Assembly: GCF_031769215.1 (NCBI RefSeq)
Contig: NW_026782835.1
Span: 1 to 60,977, forward strand
Source of the DNA: Ylistrum balloti
Lineage: Eukaryota
Length of the DNA: 60,977 nucleotides
Direction: 5' to 3'
Below the pieces are notes generated by a model that was given only the letters and a program-made list of their open reading frames with translations, was not told the DNA's origin and made no database searches. The translations under genes and the position numbers were made by a program. Within the stretch, counting starts at the first letter, position 1. The number at the start of each line of letters is the position of its first letter. Of the stretch, positions 29,081 through 39,127 are shown piece by piece.

Positions 29081-30031
29081 TTACTTGCCCCTTACTATTC
29101 TTAGAGAATCACTTTTCTTGTTTCCTAAACGTAGCTCTGCTATATCAAATATTCTATCTACAATATAGTAGTCTCCTAGTACCCTATAGTTTACAAGAGT
29201 GGAGTTTCCAGCAGTATCTAAAATAAACAGGGCTGGCGCACGTGCTGCGTGATAGGTATTAGAAAACTGTATAAAAGTTCTCTCACCATTATCAAAAACC
29301 TTGCTTGGTGTCCATTCTGGCTTGCTTCCATAATGGATAATAGTGTATGTAAATCGCAAATCCTTAAGTGCAACAGGTGTTTCAATAAGTTCCTGTTTCT
29401 TATCCCTTGCTAGCTGTTTTTTCGGATATCTCCACTCCACTGCAACCATATATGTATCATCATAACTTTCTAAACTAAGAAAATAACTGCGGAAATTCGT
29501 GTTAATGACCATATTTGTTTGTAGGTCTGAGAGCAGGGGTTTTATATATATAAATTGTCTGTCTTGAACAAAATTAGATTCAATAATCCAGTTCGCTGAA
29601 TCTCCTACCACTAATTCTCCATGTAACTCTTCCCTTTTTTCCAACCTTAGCACGGTAATTCTTAGTGGAGCGGTAAATATACTATATATATACTCTTCAT
29701 TGAAAACGTCTTCTACCAAGCTGTTATGTATCATTGCCTGCTTAGGTTGCTGCAGTGATTCCTTGTTCGCGAAATCTATGGCTTCCAGTGGATTCTTACT
29801 GTTGTTTACGTCTTCTTCAAGATGAAACAATGGAACACGCACTGCGGCAAAAGCAAGATCCTCCTGCACCTCTTCGTGTACTTCTAGTGTTTGCTCTGCT
29901 GTACTATTCATCATAGCTGCATCTCGCAGTTGCTGTGGCTGCACTGCTTCCCCCACTCCTGCTGCTCCAACGCATGCATGAAAAGATACACAGCAAGCAC
30001 TCAGTACTACACATTGCACAAAGTGCCTCAT
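29081..30031 (-). CDS. trbG: TrbG/VirB9 family T4SS core protein
   Basis: Lipobox-like LSAC, GDSANW, IYIKP...L.TNMVINTN.RSY, W.YP, W.P..VFDNG.RTFIQF, P.LF, VNYRV; start 30031 overlaps the trbF stop (ATGA). Confidence 0.92.
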   Translation of the reverse strand: MRHFVQCVVLSACCVSFHACVGAAGVGEAVQPQQLRDAAMMNSTAEQTLEVHEEVQEDLAFAAVRVPLFHLEEDVNNSKNPLEAIDFANKESLQQPKQAMIHNSLVEDVFNEEYIYSIFTAPLRITVLRLEKREELHGELVVGDSANWIIESNFVQDRQFIYIKPLLSDLQTNMVINTNFRSYFLSLESYDDTYMVAVEWRYPKKQLARDKKQELIETPVALKDLRFTYTIIHYGSKPEWTPSKVFDNGERTFIQFSNTYHAARAPALFILDTAGNSTLVNYRVLGDYYIVDRIFDIAELRLGNKKSDSLRIVRGK

Positions 30032-30678
30032 TCCTCTACCTCTACCCAATGAAACGTATCAATAAAGATACCTAGGGGGTTATAACGAAGTATGTCAACA
30101 TCACGTATGTTCCGTAGCTCTAACTTAAATACCCCTCTCCATGGTTTTTGTCGTATGATAACACCGTTTTTATTCCATGTGGTTTCCATCCAGTTTACTT
30201 GCCTCGTAAACTGCGAGTGTTCTAACACTGAGTTTACTTTTATATCCACTCGCTCTCTTTTGTATCTGTCTAAGGGTTGTATATTTCGAGCATACGTATT
30301 GAGAATGTTCGCCCCTGTTGGAGTAAGATAGTGATATGCATGCGTCCAATTCCTTTTTACAACAACAATATCGCTAGATAAAGAGCGAACATACTCTAAG
30401 AACTGTAGTAAATGAAACTTAATATGCTTTTCAGATACCTCAAAGCTACGTTCGTAGACTGAGCCCTTATACACAGCGGAACCATCATTCAGCACTTCTA
30501 TAACATGAGGAACTACCCTTGGTGCATCGAGTAGGGAAAGTAAGGAAAACCCTAAAAGCACAGAAAGCACAACTAAGAACAAGGCGCAAACCCCTAGTAG
30601 TCTTGCATGCATTTGTGCCTTACCCAGGCGATAGTCCCACCTTTGCTTTGTCTGAATATACGGATGTTCTATCTCCAT
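30028..30678 (-). CDS. trbF: TrbF/VirB8 family T4SS protein
   Basis: PY....QRWD.RLG.A, VVPHVIEV, RNW..AY..LT..GA..LN.YAR, NPLGIFI..F.W. Confidence 0.92.
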   Translation of the reverse strand: MEIEHPYIQTKQRWDYRLGKAQMHARLLGVCALFLVVLSVLLGFSLLSLLDAPRVVPHVIEVLNDGSAVYKGSVYERSFEVSEKHIKFHLLQFLEYVRSLSSDIVVVKRNWTHAYHYLTPTGANILNTYARNIQPLDRYKRERVDIKVNSVLEHSQFTRQVNWMETTWNKNGVIIRQKPWRGVFKLELRNIRDVDILRYNPLGIFIDTFHWVEVEE

Positions 30679-30750
30679 TTCAATATATAATATCTATATA
30701 AGTGGTCTTTGATTGAAATATACACAACAGATATAACAAAAGAGGGTTAT

Positions 30751-31749
30751 ATGGAATACAAAACATTAGGAAATTCTGGTATTAAAGTAAGCATGCTTTC
30801 TATGGGAGCTATGACATTTGGAAGAGAAACATCTAAGGAAGATAGTTTTACCATGCTGGATATTTTTGAGGAACATGGTGGAAACTTTATTGACAGCGCT
30901 AATATCTATTCATTAGGAATATCTGAAAAAATAGTAGGTGAATGGGTACAGCGTACAAATAGAGAACAACACATTATTGCCACTAAAGTGCGGTTCCCTA
31001 TGGGAAATACAGTAAACGAGCGTGGCTTAGGACGCAAGCATATCATACACTCAGTGCATGCTAGCTTAAAGCGATTAAAGACAGATTACATTGATGTGTT
31101 ATATGCTCACTGCTGGGATTACAGTACTCCTCTCGAGGAAACCATGGACGCTTTCTCTCGTTTAGTAGAGGAGGGGAAGGTACGATACATTGCAGCGAGT
31201 AATTTCTCCCCAAGCCAACTACAACGTGCCTGTGACATGAGTGTATACGAGGGTTATCAGCCTTTTATCGCTCTGCAATCAAAATACAATCTCATGATAC
31301 GCTCTGTAGAGTGGGAACTACTCAATGTATGCGAAGAAAATGGTATTGGGTTTGTAGTATGGGGGCCCTTGTTTGGCGGATGGCTTAGTGGGAGATATCA
31401 ACGTGGTATGACAGAAGCCCCCGAGGGGAGAGTAAGGGAAGCAGAAAAACACGATTGGTTTGAGAAGTGGTCGAAGTACAACAACGAAACTACATGGAAC
31501 ATTGTTGACACTGTGGGAACTGTGGCAAAAAAGCATAGCAAAAGTTATGCCCAGGTTTCGCTTAACTGGCTTAGCAAGCAGAAAGCTATCTCTTCGATCA
31601 TTCTAGGTGCAAGTAAAATTGAACATTTGAAGGATAACCTTGCTTGCATAGGATGGGACATGGACAGTGAAGACGAGGAGCTTCTAGAAAAAGCATCGAG
31701 TATAGAACTGCCGTATCCGTATGATTTTCTCGAAAAAACAAAAGAATAA
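30751..31749 (+). CDS. Aldo/keto reductase
   Basis: LGNSGIKVS.LSMGAMTFG, GGNFIDSANIY (catalytic Asp/Tyr), IATK, SLKRLKTDYIDVLY.H, GKVRYI..SN, QSKYNL, WGPL.GG.LSG; AGAGGG SD before ATG 30751. Confidence 0.93.
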   Translation: MEYKTLGNSGIKVSMLSMGAMTFGRETSKEDSFTMLDIFEEHGGNFIDSANIYSLGISEKIVGEWVQRTNREQHIIATKVRFPMGNTVNERGLGRKHIIHSVHASLKRLKTDYIDVLYAHCWDYSTPLEETMDAFSRLVEEGKVRYIAASNFSPSQLQRACDMSVYEGYQPFIALQSKYNLMIRSVEWELLNVCEENGIGFVVWGPLFGGWLSGRYQRGMTEAPEGRVREAEKHDWFEKWSKYNNETTWNIVDTVGTVAKKHSKSYAQVSLNWLSKQKAISSIILGASKIEHLKDNLACIGWDMDSEDEELLEKASSIELPYPYDFLEKTKE

Positions 31750-31769
31750 CTACAGCACTACAAGCAGCC

Positions 31770-32903
31770 CTATACTGAATTTTTCTCTACTGAGTTTCGG
31801 GGAGTATCCTTAAAGGAATTTTTTGCAGACCGTTGAGTGGTATTCCTCTCATCGCTTTCGGATCTGCCATGTGCTTCCCTCGAAGAAAACGCATCAGAAT
31901 TACTGTGCTTTCTCGAGAGCGGTGGGATGTTGTTTTCTTCATAAGGAAGAGGGCTAGATGCATTAGAAGAATTGAGATCTGGTATATTTTCTTTTATAGA
32001 GTCTGCAAAAGCCCCTCCTTTTGTAATGGCGGTAGAAGAAGTAAGCACTGCCATAGTCAATGACGCCGCTCGTTGCATAGGGGAATTTCCTATATCACCC
32101 GCTGGCATAAATGCATTGATAATACTCCCCGATTGTAAGATCAAATACACTCCTATAGTCATGTGTAAGATCATAACTAGCTGTGACACAAAAGTAACAC
32201 CATCATCTGTATCCATGCGACGTACTATTTCCAAAAAGCTCTCTATCACAAAACCAGAGACAAGAGAAATACTCAATATTCGTATCCCCTGAAACATAAG
32301 AACAGACATTACATTAGAGCTTATAAATCGGGTGTGTTCATTTGCCTGAAAAGGCACAAGCAAAATAGCTAAGAGCAAAATAAAATAGAATTCAATCTGC
32401 ACCATACATAAAACAATTACAATTATGGCTATAATCACAATTAAGCCTATAAATATTATCATCGAAGTAAGCGCTGGTACAATTACCTTTACGATATTCC
32501 ATAAACTTACATCCAGCAATTCGCGTATCTTGTCTATGTACTGTTGGAAGATATGCTCGGTAGCATACGAAAACAACTCAAAGGGGTTGCTTAAATAATC
32601 AAGGGAATATCCATGTATGCGTAACCCCATGCTTTGTAGTGTTTCTGCAAATATAATACCTATGCTATCTATATTCCTAATAAGATATATCCACACCCCT
32701 ACATACAGTACCTTTTTTATTATTTCTTCTAGCGATGCAATTTCGCCTAGTATCATTTTAATACCAATGCATATTATTTCAAACAGCAGAACTGTCCATA
32801 GAATAATATCTGCTACTGCGTATGCAGACTGATAATACGATTGTATTTTCTCCACATAGAAATCAAAACTATTGTAGAGATCTTCTAAAGAATCTTCTGT
32901 CAT
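31770..32903 (-). CDS. trbL: TrbL/VirB6 family T4SS inner-membrane protein
   Basis: Polytopic membrane protein with IEFYFILLLAILLVPF...TRF.S..V TrbL pattern and low-complexity C-tail; located after trbJ. Confidence 0.85.
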   Translation of the reverse strand: MTEDSLEDLYNSFDFYVEKIQSYYQSAYAVADIILWTVLLFEIICIGIKMILGEIASLEEIIKKVLYVGVWIYLIRNIDSIGIIFAETLQSMGLRIHGYSLDYLSNPFELFSYATEHIFQQYIDKIRELLDVSLWNIVKVIVPALTSMIIFIGLIVIIAIIVIVLCMVQIEFYFILLLAILLVPFQANEHTRFISSNVMSVLMFQGIRILSISLVSGFVIESFLEIVRRMDTDDGVTFVSQLVMILHMTIGVYLILQSGSIINAFMPAGDIGNSPMQRAASLTMAVLTSSTAITKGGAFADSIKENIPDLNSSNASSPLPYEENNIPPLSRKHSNSDAFSSREAHGRSESDERNTTQRSAKNSFKDTPRNSVEKNSV

Positions 32904-32918
32904 GTAGTCTCCGCTCTG

Positions 32919-33578
32919 CTAATGAAGCTTCCAAAATGCATCTACTGTTTTCTGTATGAGTTTCTCTTCTTCTTCATGCACAAGGGATTCTAGCATTGTA
33001 ATATGAGATCCTATTTTTGTTTCTTCAATAAGTTGCATAAGTTGCCGGTTAGATGCTAGCACGTTAGTGTTAAGCAACTGTAATTGTTGAAGCACAGTAT
33101 GCTTGCTTTTTATCTGTTCTGTTACTGCTTCTGCAAAATTAAAACCCTTCACGATAGCGTTTTCTGTATTACTACCTAACAAAATCATTTCTTTTAGACT
33201 TTGTATAGACCTCTCTATATCATTTACTACAAACCCCTTGATACGATCCTCAAACCCCTCCCGAAGGAGCAGTTCTCTTTGGTGTAATAACTCCTGTATA
33301 AATTCTCCATACGCAAGCCCTTGCACAACGAAATTGTACAGAGCATCATTTTCTTCGTGAAGGATAGAATCTATTACTATATCTTCAAATTCCTGGTACA
33401 GTTGAAAGAAAAACTGAAGTTCTTCTTCGCTTTGTAGGAGCTGCTCTAGTTGCTGATACAAGATAGAAGTAAGGATGGGTATAACCCCTGCATCACCAAA
33501 TTGAGGATGTGCTATATCAAGCCCAAATACTCCAAAAAAACACAGCAGTAAGATAGTTCTTTGTATAGACTGCAACAT
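32919..33578 (-). CDS. trbJ: Divergent TrbJ/VirB5-like exported protein
   Basis: AAGGAGG SD before ATG 33578, signal peptide, Gln/Leu-rich helical body, position between trbE and trbL. Assignment rests mainly on synteny. Confidence 0.6.
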   Translation of the reverse strand: MLQSIQRTILLLCFFGVFGLDIAHPQFGDAGVIPILTSILYQQLEQLLQSEEELQFFFQLYQEFEDIVIDSILHEENDALYNFVVQGLAYGEFIQELLHQRELLLREGFEDRIKGFVVNDIERSIQSLKEMILLGSNTENAIVKGFNFAEAVTEQIKSKHTVLQQLQLLNTNVLASNRQLMQLIEETKIGSHITMLESLVHEEEEKLIQKTVDAFWKLH

Positions 33579-33600
33579 TCGTGCCCTCCTTTTTACTGTA

Positions 33601-35892
33601 TTATGTGTGTGCCTGCATAAGCATTCGTAGTATGTTTTCATTTAAATCTAAAGAAAATAGCGCACTTTTACTCTGCGCCCTTATATAATACTCGTGCTTT
33701 GGTGTAGCAGACGCAAGCAGTGCAACCTCCTCTGTATGCAGGCCGAATTTTGCATACATTGCTTGCATCTGTTCGTTCATAGCAGCTTTATTTGGAAGAA
33801 ATATTTGTACATGGCAAGCATTCATTATAGTATCTACAAGCGATGAATGCGCCAAATCCACTACATCTTGGGTAGCTAGCACTACAAATACATGTTTTTT
33901 TCGTAATGTTTTAAGCCATGCACGAAAGCGATCTGCAAAAAACTCATGTTTTAGAAAGAGCCACCCTTCATCTATAATTAAAAGCGTTGGCTTCCCTGTA
34001 AACATTTTCTCTACTTTGTGAAAGAGATACATCAATGCTGGAATAAGTACCTGCTCTCCCATATCCATTAAGTACCCCAACTCTACCATAAGCCAGTTTC
34101 TTTTGAAGATATTCTTTCCTTCACCATCAAACACAGAACCGTACATTCCTTCTTTGCTATATTTTCCAAATATACGTTTCGATGTTGTAAACTGTAGAAG
34201 CTCTACAAATGCAGCTACAGTTCTTTCGCTCTCATCCATGTCTGCAAGTAGCAAAAGACATCTTTTTATATCTTCTATCTCTTCTGGGCTACACCTATAA
34301 TTGTTAAGAAACAACAATTCTTCGCAAAATTGTAATGCCCAGTACCGCTCTTGTTCTGCACAGATATCGCTAAAAACCTGAAACGCTGCTTCGTTGGGAG
34401 CTCCAGGAACAAATACCTCTCCAGATACATTCTCGCTTAAGTGCTTCGAAGAAAAATCCTTATCGAAGATAATAACACGTGCCTTAGGATAGCGTAAAAA
34501 TTGCACAGCTAACATTGCTAGAAATGTAGATTTACCTGAACCTGTTGGCCCAACGACAAAACTATGCCCCACATCTTCCACATTGTTATTAAAATAAAAT
34601 ACATTGCTCTCAGAACTTGCTACCATAAGCGGATCTGCATTACCAGAAACTTCTTTCATAAACATATTCTGCTTCATACCATTCCAGGGGGTAGAAAGGG
34701 GAATAAGGTGAGATGCGTTTACTGTATGAATAAGGAATTTTCTTGCGTTAGCATACACATGCCCGGGGAGCGAAGAAAGCCAAGCTTCTACTGTGTTTAC
34801 TGTTTCTTCTTTTATGATAAACCCTCTATTGTGAAATATCTTTTTAATAACATCAACCTTTTTACCCAGCATATTTTTATCGGAATCCTTCAGTACTACT
34901 ACAGAAGTAAGTAAGCCAAAATTAACTCTTCCCTTACCTATCAACTGTAGCGCTGCATCAGCATCCATTGCTTTTACCAGCGATTCTGTATTCTCCAGCG
35001 CCTGTTCCTTATTCACCTGCTCCTGCATTACCTTAAAAGTATTTTTTCTTTTAGCGTAATGTTTTCTTCTTATCTGTTTTATCCGTGATAGTACATTCGC
35101 TTCATTCAAAAACAGAAAGCGTTGTTGAAAGCGAAAATCGATGTCGCAGCTCTGCAAATCCTTTAGAATATTTGCTCGTGTATGGTGCGGAAAATCGTTT
35201 ATAGACAAAACAGCACAGTAATCTTCACCAACAGTAAAATCTTGCTCTACGCACATGTTTTGATCTGCTATGTATTCGCTAATATCTACAGTTTCTGGAG
35301 GAGCAAGTACCTGCTGCTCCTTGCCAGAGACACAGAAATGAATATACGATAATGTCTGTGCATTATCCAGCTGCTCAACTCCCAAAAAACACTCTTCAAG
35401 CATGCCTTGTATGCTCCTCATGTTCTTTATGAACTCCTTTAGTGCATTATTCAAAGAATATTTGGCTGCATTAAAAAACATCGCAAGCTTTCCACCGCTC
35501 TTGCTCTGGTGGCAAAATGTTATGTAATACTCCATAGTATACAGTTTGCTCTGTGAATAGCACCTCTTCCTTTCATATTCTATGCACGCAGCAAGCTCCG
35601 AATCCCAGTGTTCTTGAAATTTCAGCTGTTCTTGTTTTCGAATTGACTCTACAAATACCGACCAACCACTTCCAAACCTCATCATCATATTGTTTACAGA
35701 CGCAACCACACTATCCACCTCCTCTGCTTTTGCGGTAGCAAGATATGCGGGTTGTACCTTAAACGTACTCTGAAACACACTATCTTTCTGAACAAGAACA
35801 GATGGTGCTACAAAGCAGCTCCACGGAAGAAAATCTGCTAATAAACGCCCTCTGTGCTTGTTAAAGTAACGTACATCTAGGTAATCTAACAC
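33601..35892 (-). CDS. trbE: TrbE/VirB4 family ATPase
   Basis: LADFLPW...AP.VLVQKD, DVGHSFVVGPTGSGKSTFL (Walker A), IIFDKD.S, IIDEGW (Walker B), WLKTLRKK...V.LATQ. Confidence 0.95.
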   Translation of the reverse strand: MLDYLDVRYFNKHRGRLLADFLPWSCFVAPSVLVQKDSVFQSTFKVQPAYLATAKAEEVDSVVASVNNMMMRFGSGWSVFVESIRKQEQLKFQEHWDSELAACIEYERKRCYSQSKLYTMEYYITFCHQSKSGGKLAMFFNAAKYSLNNALKEFIKNMRSIQGMLEECFLGVEQLDNAQTLSYIHFCVSGKEQQVLAPPETVDISEYIADQNMCVEQDFTVGEDYCAVLSINDFPHHTRANILKDLQSCDIDFRFQQRFLFLNEANVLSRIKQIRRKHYAKRKNTFKVMQEQVNKEQALENTESLVKAMDADAALQLIGKGRVNFGLLTSVVVLKDSDKNMLGKKVDVIKKIFHNRGFIIKEETVNTVEAWLSSLPGHVYANARKFLIHTVNASHLIPLSTPWNGMKQNMFMKEVSGNADPLMVASSESNVFYFNNNVEDVGHSFVVGPTGSGKSTFLAMLAVQFLRYPKARVIIFDKDFSSKHLSENVSGEVFVPGAPNEAAFQVFSDICAEQERYWALQFCEELLFLNNYRCSPEEIEDIKRCLLLLADMDESERTVAAFVELLQFTTSKRIFGKYSKEGMYGSVFDGEGKNIFKRNWLMVELGYLMDMGEQVLIPALMYLFHKVEKMFTGKPTLLIIDEGWLFLKHEFFADRFRAWLKTLRKKHVFVVLATQDVVDLAHSSLVDTIMNACHVQIFLPNKAAMNEQMQAMYAKFGLHTEEVALLASATPKHEYYIRAQSKSALFSLDLNENILRMLMQAHT

Positions 35893-36122
35893 AAAAAATA
35901 ACTTGGGTAGCGCATAGATCGAAGTGCTATATCAAAAAAGAACTCGTCAACTCTCATAATCAGCACTGAAACTATATGTAGAAGAAGACCGAACGGCAAT
36001 ATCCACCACTGCCTAGCTGCTAACACAGCTACCAAAACAGAAAACCACAGTAAGTAACAGACACGCTCATGCACCCCGGCAATGGTAATGGGATGCAATA
36101 ATGATTGATACACTCTTACCAT
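35886..36122 (-). CDS. trbD: TrbD/VirB3 family protein
   Basis: VYQSL.HP..IAGV.ER, two TM segments, D..FFDI..R; located between trbC and trbE. Confidence 0.85.
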   Translation of the reverse strand: MVRVYQSLLHPITIAGVHERVCYLLWFSVLVAVLAARQWWILPFGLLLHIVSVLIMRVDEFFFDIALRSMRYPSYFLC

Positions 36123-36125
36123 ACA

Positions 36126-36440
36126 TCATCCCACAGCAAACACACCCTCGCCAGAACCAAAGAGTAGGCTCAGTACACTTGGTGCATTCAAAGCAATTCC
36201 AATACCCATAACAACAAAAAATATTTTTTGTTTTGCATTTCCTCCGTCTGATGTTGCAAGCATAATACCTGCTCCTGCTATAAGTATGACTCCTATAATC
36301 ATTACAGTTCGCCCAGTAAGTGCTTTCTGTATTTTTTCTAACGCCGAATCCCATGGCATGGATTCTTCCGAATCAGATACTGCCCATGCAGATACAGACA
36401 AAATAAATAATAAAAAAGAAGTTGCACATAGTTTTTTCAT
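36126..36440 (-). CDS. trbC: TrbC/VirB2 family pilin
   Basis: Signal peptide ending AWA, MPWDSALEKI...LTG, two hydrophobic helices, Gly-rich C-terminus. Confidence 0.9.
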   Translation of the reverse strand: MKKLCATSFLLFILSVSAWAVSDSEESMPWDSALEKIQKALTGRTVMIIGVILIAGAGIMLATSDGGNAKQKIFFVVMGIGIALNAPSVLSLLFGSGEGVFAVG

Positions 36441-37387
36441 ATCATGTCCTCTGTTATAAATAAGTTGTTTTTATATTCTTTTACTTTTTTTATCTCAACT
36501 ACCTTTCGTAGCGAGGCTTCTCGTTTTACAAATACGCAGAGATCCACTACTTCAGCTATAAAATTGCGTGGTGCTGATTCTACCGCTTCTTCTGTAAGCT
36601 GAGCAAGTCGCTCTAAGGCAAGGGAGGCCGAGTTTGCATGTATAGTGGTCATACCTCCACCATGCCCTGTATTCCAAGCTTTCAGTAAATCGAGAGCTGC
36701 AGCATCGCGTAATTCACCTATAATTACTCTATCAGGTCTCATACGTAGCACATCTCGAATAGCCCGTGCATATGAATACGCAGCACTGGTTCGAAGTCGT
36801 GCGCCTTTTCGCGAATGTAGGTGGAGTTCTTCTGTATCTTCAATAATAATTAACCTCTCTGTGCTTACCTTCTTATCACGAAGCATTGCATTTAATACAG
36901 TTGTTTTCCCAGAGCCCGTTCCTCCGGCAATGATAATATTCCATCTTTCCTCTACTGCTTTTTCTAACACCTGCATCCCCTTACTGCTAAGAGTCTTCTG
37001 CTCCACTAGATCCTTTAAGCAGAGCAAGGAAGACTTGTTTTTCCGTATGCTAAATATAGGAAATTTCGTGATAGGGGGTATGACTCCTTGAAAGCGATAT
37101 AAATAGGATTGTAGTTCAGCAGAAAAAGAAGGGGACTGTGCATTGACTGTTATACCATTGCTACTTGCAACCACTCGTATTATTCTCTCTACCTGATTAC
37201 TGTCGAGACAGAGTTCTGTGTTAAAAATCGTGTTCCCTCTCTCTACCATAACATACCCTCCCTCGTTTACCATGATCTCATTTACTTCATTGTCAATAAG
37301 ATATGGAACTATAGGAGTAAGTATCTTTTGCTGTAACGTTCCTTGCTGTATCTTTGTCATTGTACAAAGAGATACGTTAAAAATCAC
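36437..37387 (-). CDS. trbB: TrbB/VirB11 family secretion ATPase
   Basis: NEIMVN, GGTGSGKTT, IEDTEEL, LRMRPDRVIIGELR, AWNTGH.GG.TTIHANSA. Start may be ATG 37360. Confidence 0.95.
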   Translation of the reverse strand: MIFNVSLCTMTKIQQGTLQQKILTPIVPYLIDNEVNEIMVNEGGYVMVERGNTIFNTELCLDSNQVERIIRVVASSNGITVNAQSPSFSAELQSYLYRFQGVIPPITKFPIFSIRKNKSSLLCLKDLVEQKTLSSKGMQVLEKAVEERWNIIIAGGTGSGKTTVLNAMLRDKKVSTERLIIIEDTEELHLHSRKGARLRTSAAYSYARAIRDVLRMRPDRVIIGELRDAAALDLLKAWNTGHGGGMTTIHANSASLALERLAQLTEEAVESAPRNFIAEVVDLCVFVKREASLRKVVEIKKVKEYKNNLFITEDMI

Positions 37388-37474
37388 TATTGAATTTAAT
37401 CAGATAGCTCTATGCCTATACAAGCATTTACAAGACAAGTAAGTAGTAGTAGATACGTCGTGGATGTATACTGC

Positions 37475-39127
37475 TTACTTACTGCGAAGGTAACGTTTCA
37501 TAAACACGTTAAATCTCAGTGCAGTATACAGCAGCACTGCTATATAGACAGCAACTGCTATAACAAGGTATAATTCAAAATACGAAACAGGAAGTATGGA
37601 GGCGCTTAGCACCGATACCCCTTCAAAACAGAGCTGAACTGCAATACACGCAAAAGCAATAATAACATTGTTCAGAAAACCTAGCATTTTTGTAGCTGGT
37701 TTTCTGTTTAGCACAATATTTGAAATATTATACATAAGAATGTTGTAGCCTCCTAACATCAATATAAGCCAGGGTAGTAGCATAAAAAACATATTCAAAT
37801 ATATGGTATTTAAGGGGAGTTTATGATCTCTCCAAAAGCGAAACATGCTCAGCAAACCCCATAATCCAGATCGATAGGGGTTTTCTATGAGGTTTATAAG
37901 AGACTCATGAGTATACGGTACTGTCATGTACCAATTTGGATTACTATACTCCCCCTCTAGAACTTTTGGTTCGTAACGTAAGTACCCTACATGTTTTTCT
38001 ATTGCATTCATGTATAATTTATTATTTCGCAATCGTGCATAGGGAATCCTTATATGCCACAATAAGGAGCCAGATGCATCGAGTTGGATAAGCTCTAGAT
38101 CTTTTAGGTATCCATCCTGCTCTGCTACTGATACACCCTTACTTACAGTTATCAATCTTCCTGCATCATTTTCTACAAGAAAATATACTATGGATTTTTG
38201 CTTACTATACACTAATGCCCTTCTGGCATCTCCTGCAAAGAAAGTAAATGTGTTTAATTGCTGTTCATATTGAGATATTAACCATTCATAATTAACATCC
38301 CCTTCTCTTGCCACATCAAAAGCTAATAAAGATCTGTACCCGGCGATGTAATCTAATTCTTTGCTATTGATATTTTCTAGCATTTCTCTCCAAAAGATAT
38401 ATTCAGTAAGAAAATCAAACTGCTTTCCGTTGTCTTCGAGTCTTGCTTTCTGTATATTTTGCTGGATTTTTTTATTCAGACCACTAACAACAGCTGAATC
38501 TCCAAAAATAACAATATACCGGTACAGTAGGTGTTGTGCAGAATAATACTTACCTAAATCTATGAGATTTCGCACGGCTTGTAACAATTCTAATTCTGAA
38601 AGATTATAGAACTGCTGAACATTCATTCTATCAACCTGGGAGGAAATACGGAGGTAGCTCGTTCTAAGGGAGCTCACTAACTCTTCTCTCGTGTTTAGGA
38701 GCTGAGATGCTTCTTCACCTTCTAGGGAAACATCCTTATCTGGGAATTCATCCCCTAAGAGAGCTTTGTAGTAGTCCGCCTCTTCATGTTCACCAATACT
38801 TCGTGTGTATACTAAGTTATCGTATAAAGAGATAAAAGAGTCCTCTCTTTCCTTTTTTTCTATTTCATGCTTGAAATTTGTAGGGGGGGATACATACACT
38901 AGTAGCATAAGGAGAGCGAACAGAAAATGAAATACAGCTAGAGATTGTAAAAGTACTTTATGCTTAAAAAAATAGAAACTGATATAGTTTAAACATAATA
39001 AGTAGGCTGGTGTTATGAAATACTTATATAATACAAAAACAACATCGCTACCGTAAGGACTCGTCCACACTATAACAAACCACAGTGCAGGTATACTTGT
39101 TGCGGCAAGTATAATCATAAATTTCAT
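37475..39127 (-). CDS. Hypothetical membrane protein (TM bundles at both ends, large central soluble domain)
   Basis: 550-aa ORF coupled to the upstream ORF; no family recognised. Confidence 0.7.
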   Translation of the reverse strand: MKFMIILAATSIPALWFVIVWTSPYGSDVVFVLYKYFITPAYLLCLNYISFYFFKHKVLLQSLAVFHFLFALLMLLVYVSPPTNFKHEIEKKEREDSFISLYDNLVYTRSIGEHEEADYYKALLGDEFPDKDVSLEGEEASQLLNTREELVSSLRTSYLRISSQVDRMNVQQFYNLSELELLQAVRNLIDLGKYYSAQHLLYRYIVIFGDSAVVSGLNKKIQQNIQKARLEDNGKQFDFLTEYIFWREMLENINSKELDYIAGYRSLLAFDVAREGDVNYEWLISQYEQQLNTFTFFAGDARRALVYSKQKSIVYFLVENDAGRLITVSKGVSVAEQDGYLKDLELIQLDASGSLLWHIRIPYARLRNNKLYMNAIEKHVGYLRYEPKVLEGEYSNPNWYMTVPYTHESLINLIENPYRSGLWGLLSMFRFWRDHKLPLNTIYLNMFFMLLPWLILMLGGYNILMYNISNIVLNRKPATKMLGFLNNVIIAFACIAVQLCFEGVSVLSASILPVSYFELYLVIAVAVYIAVLLYTALRFNVFMKRYLRSK

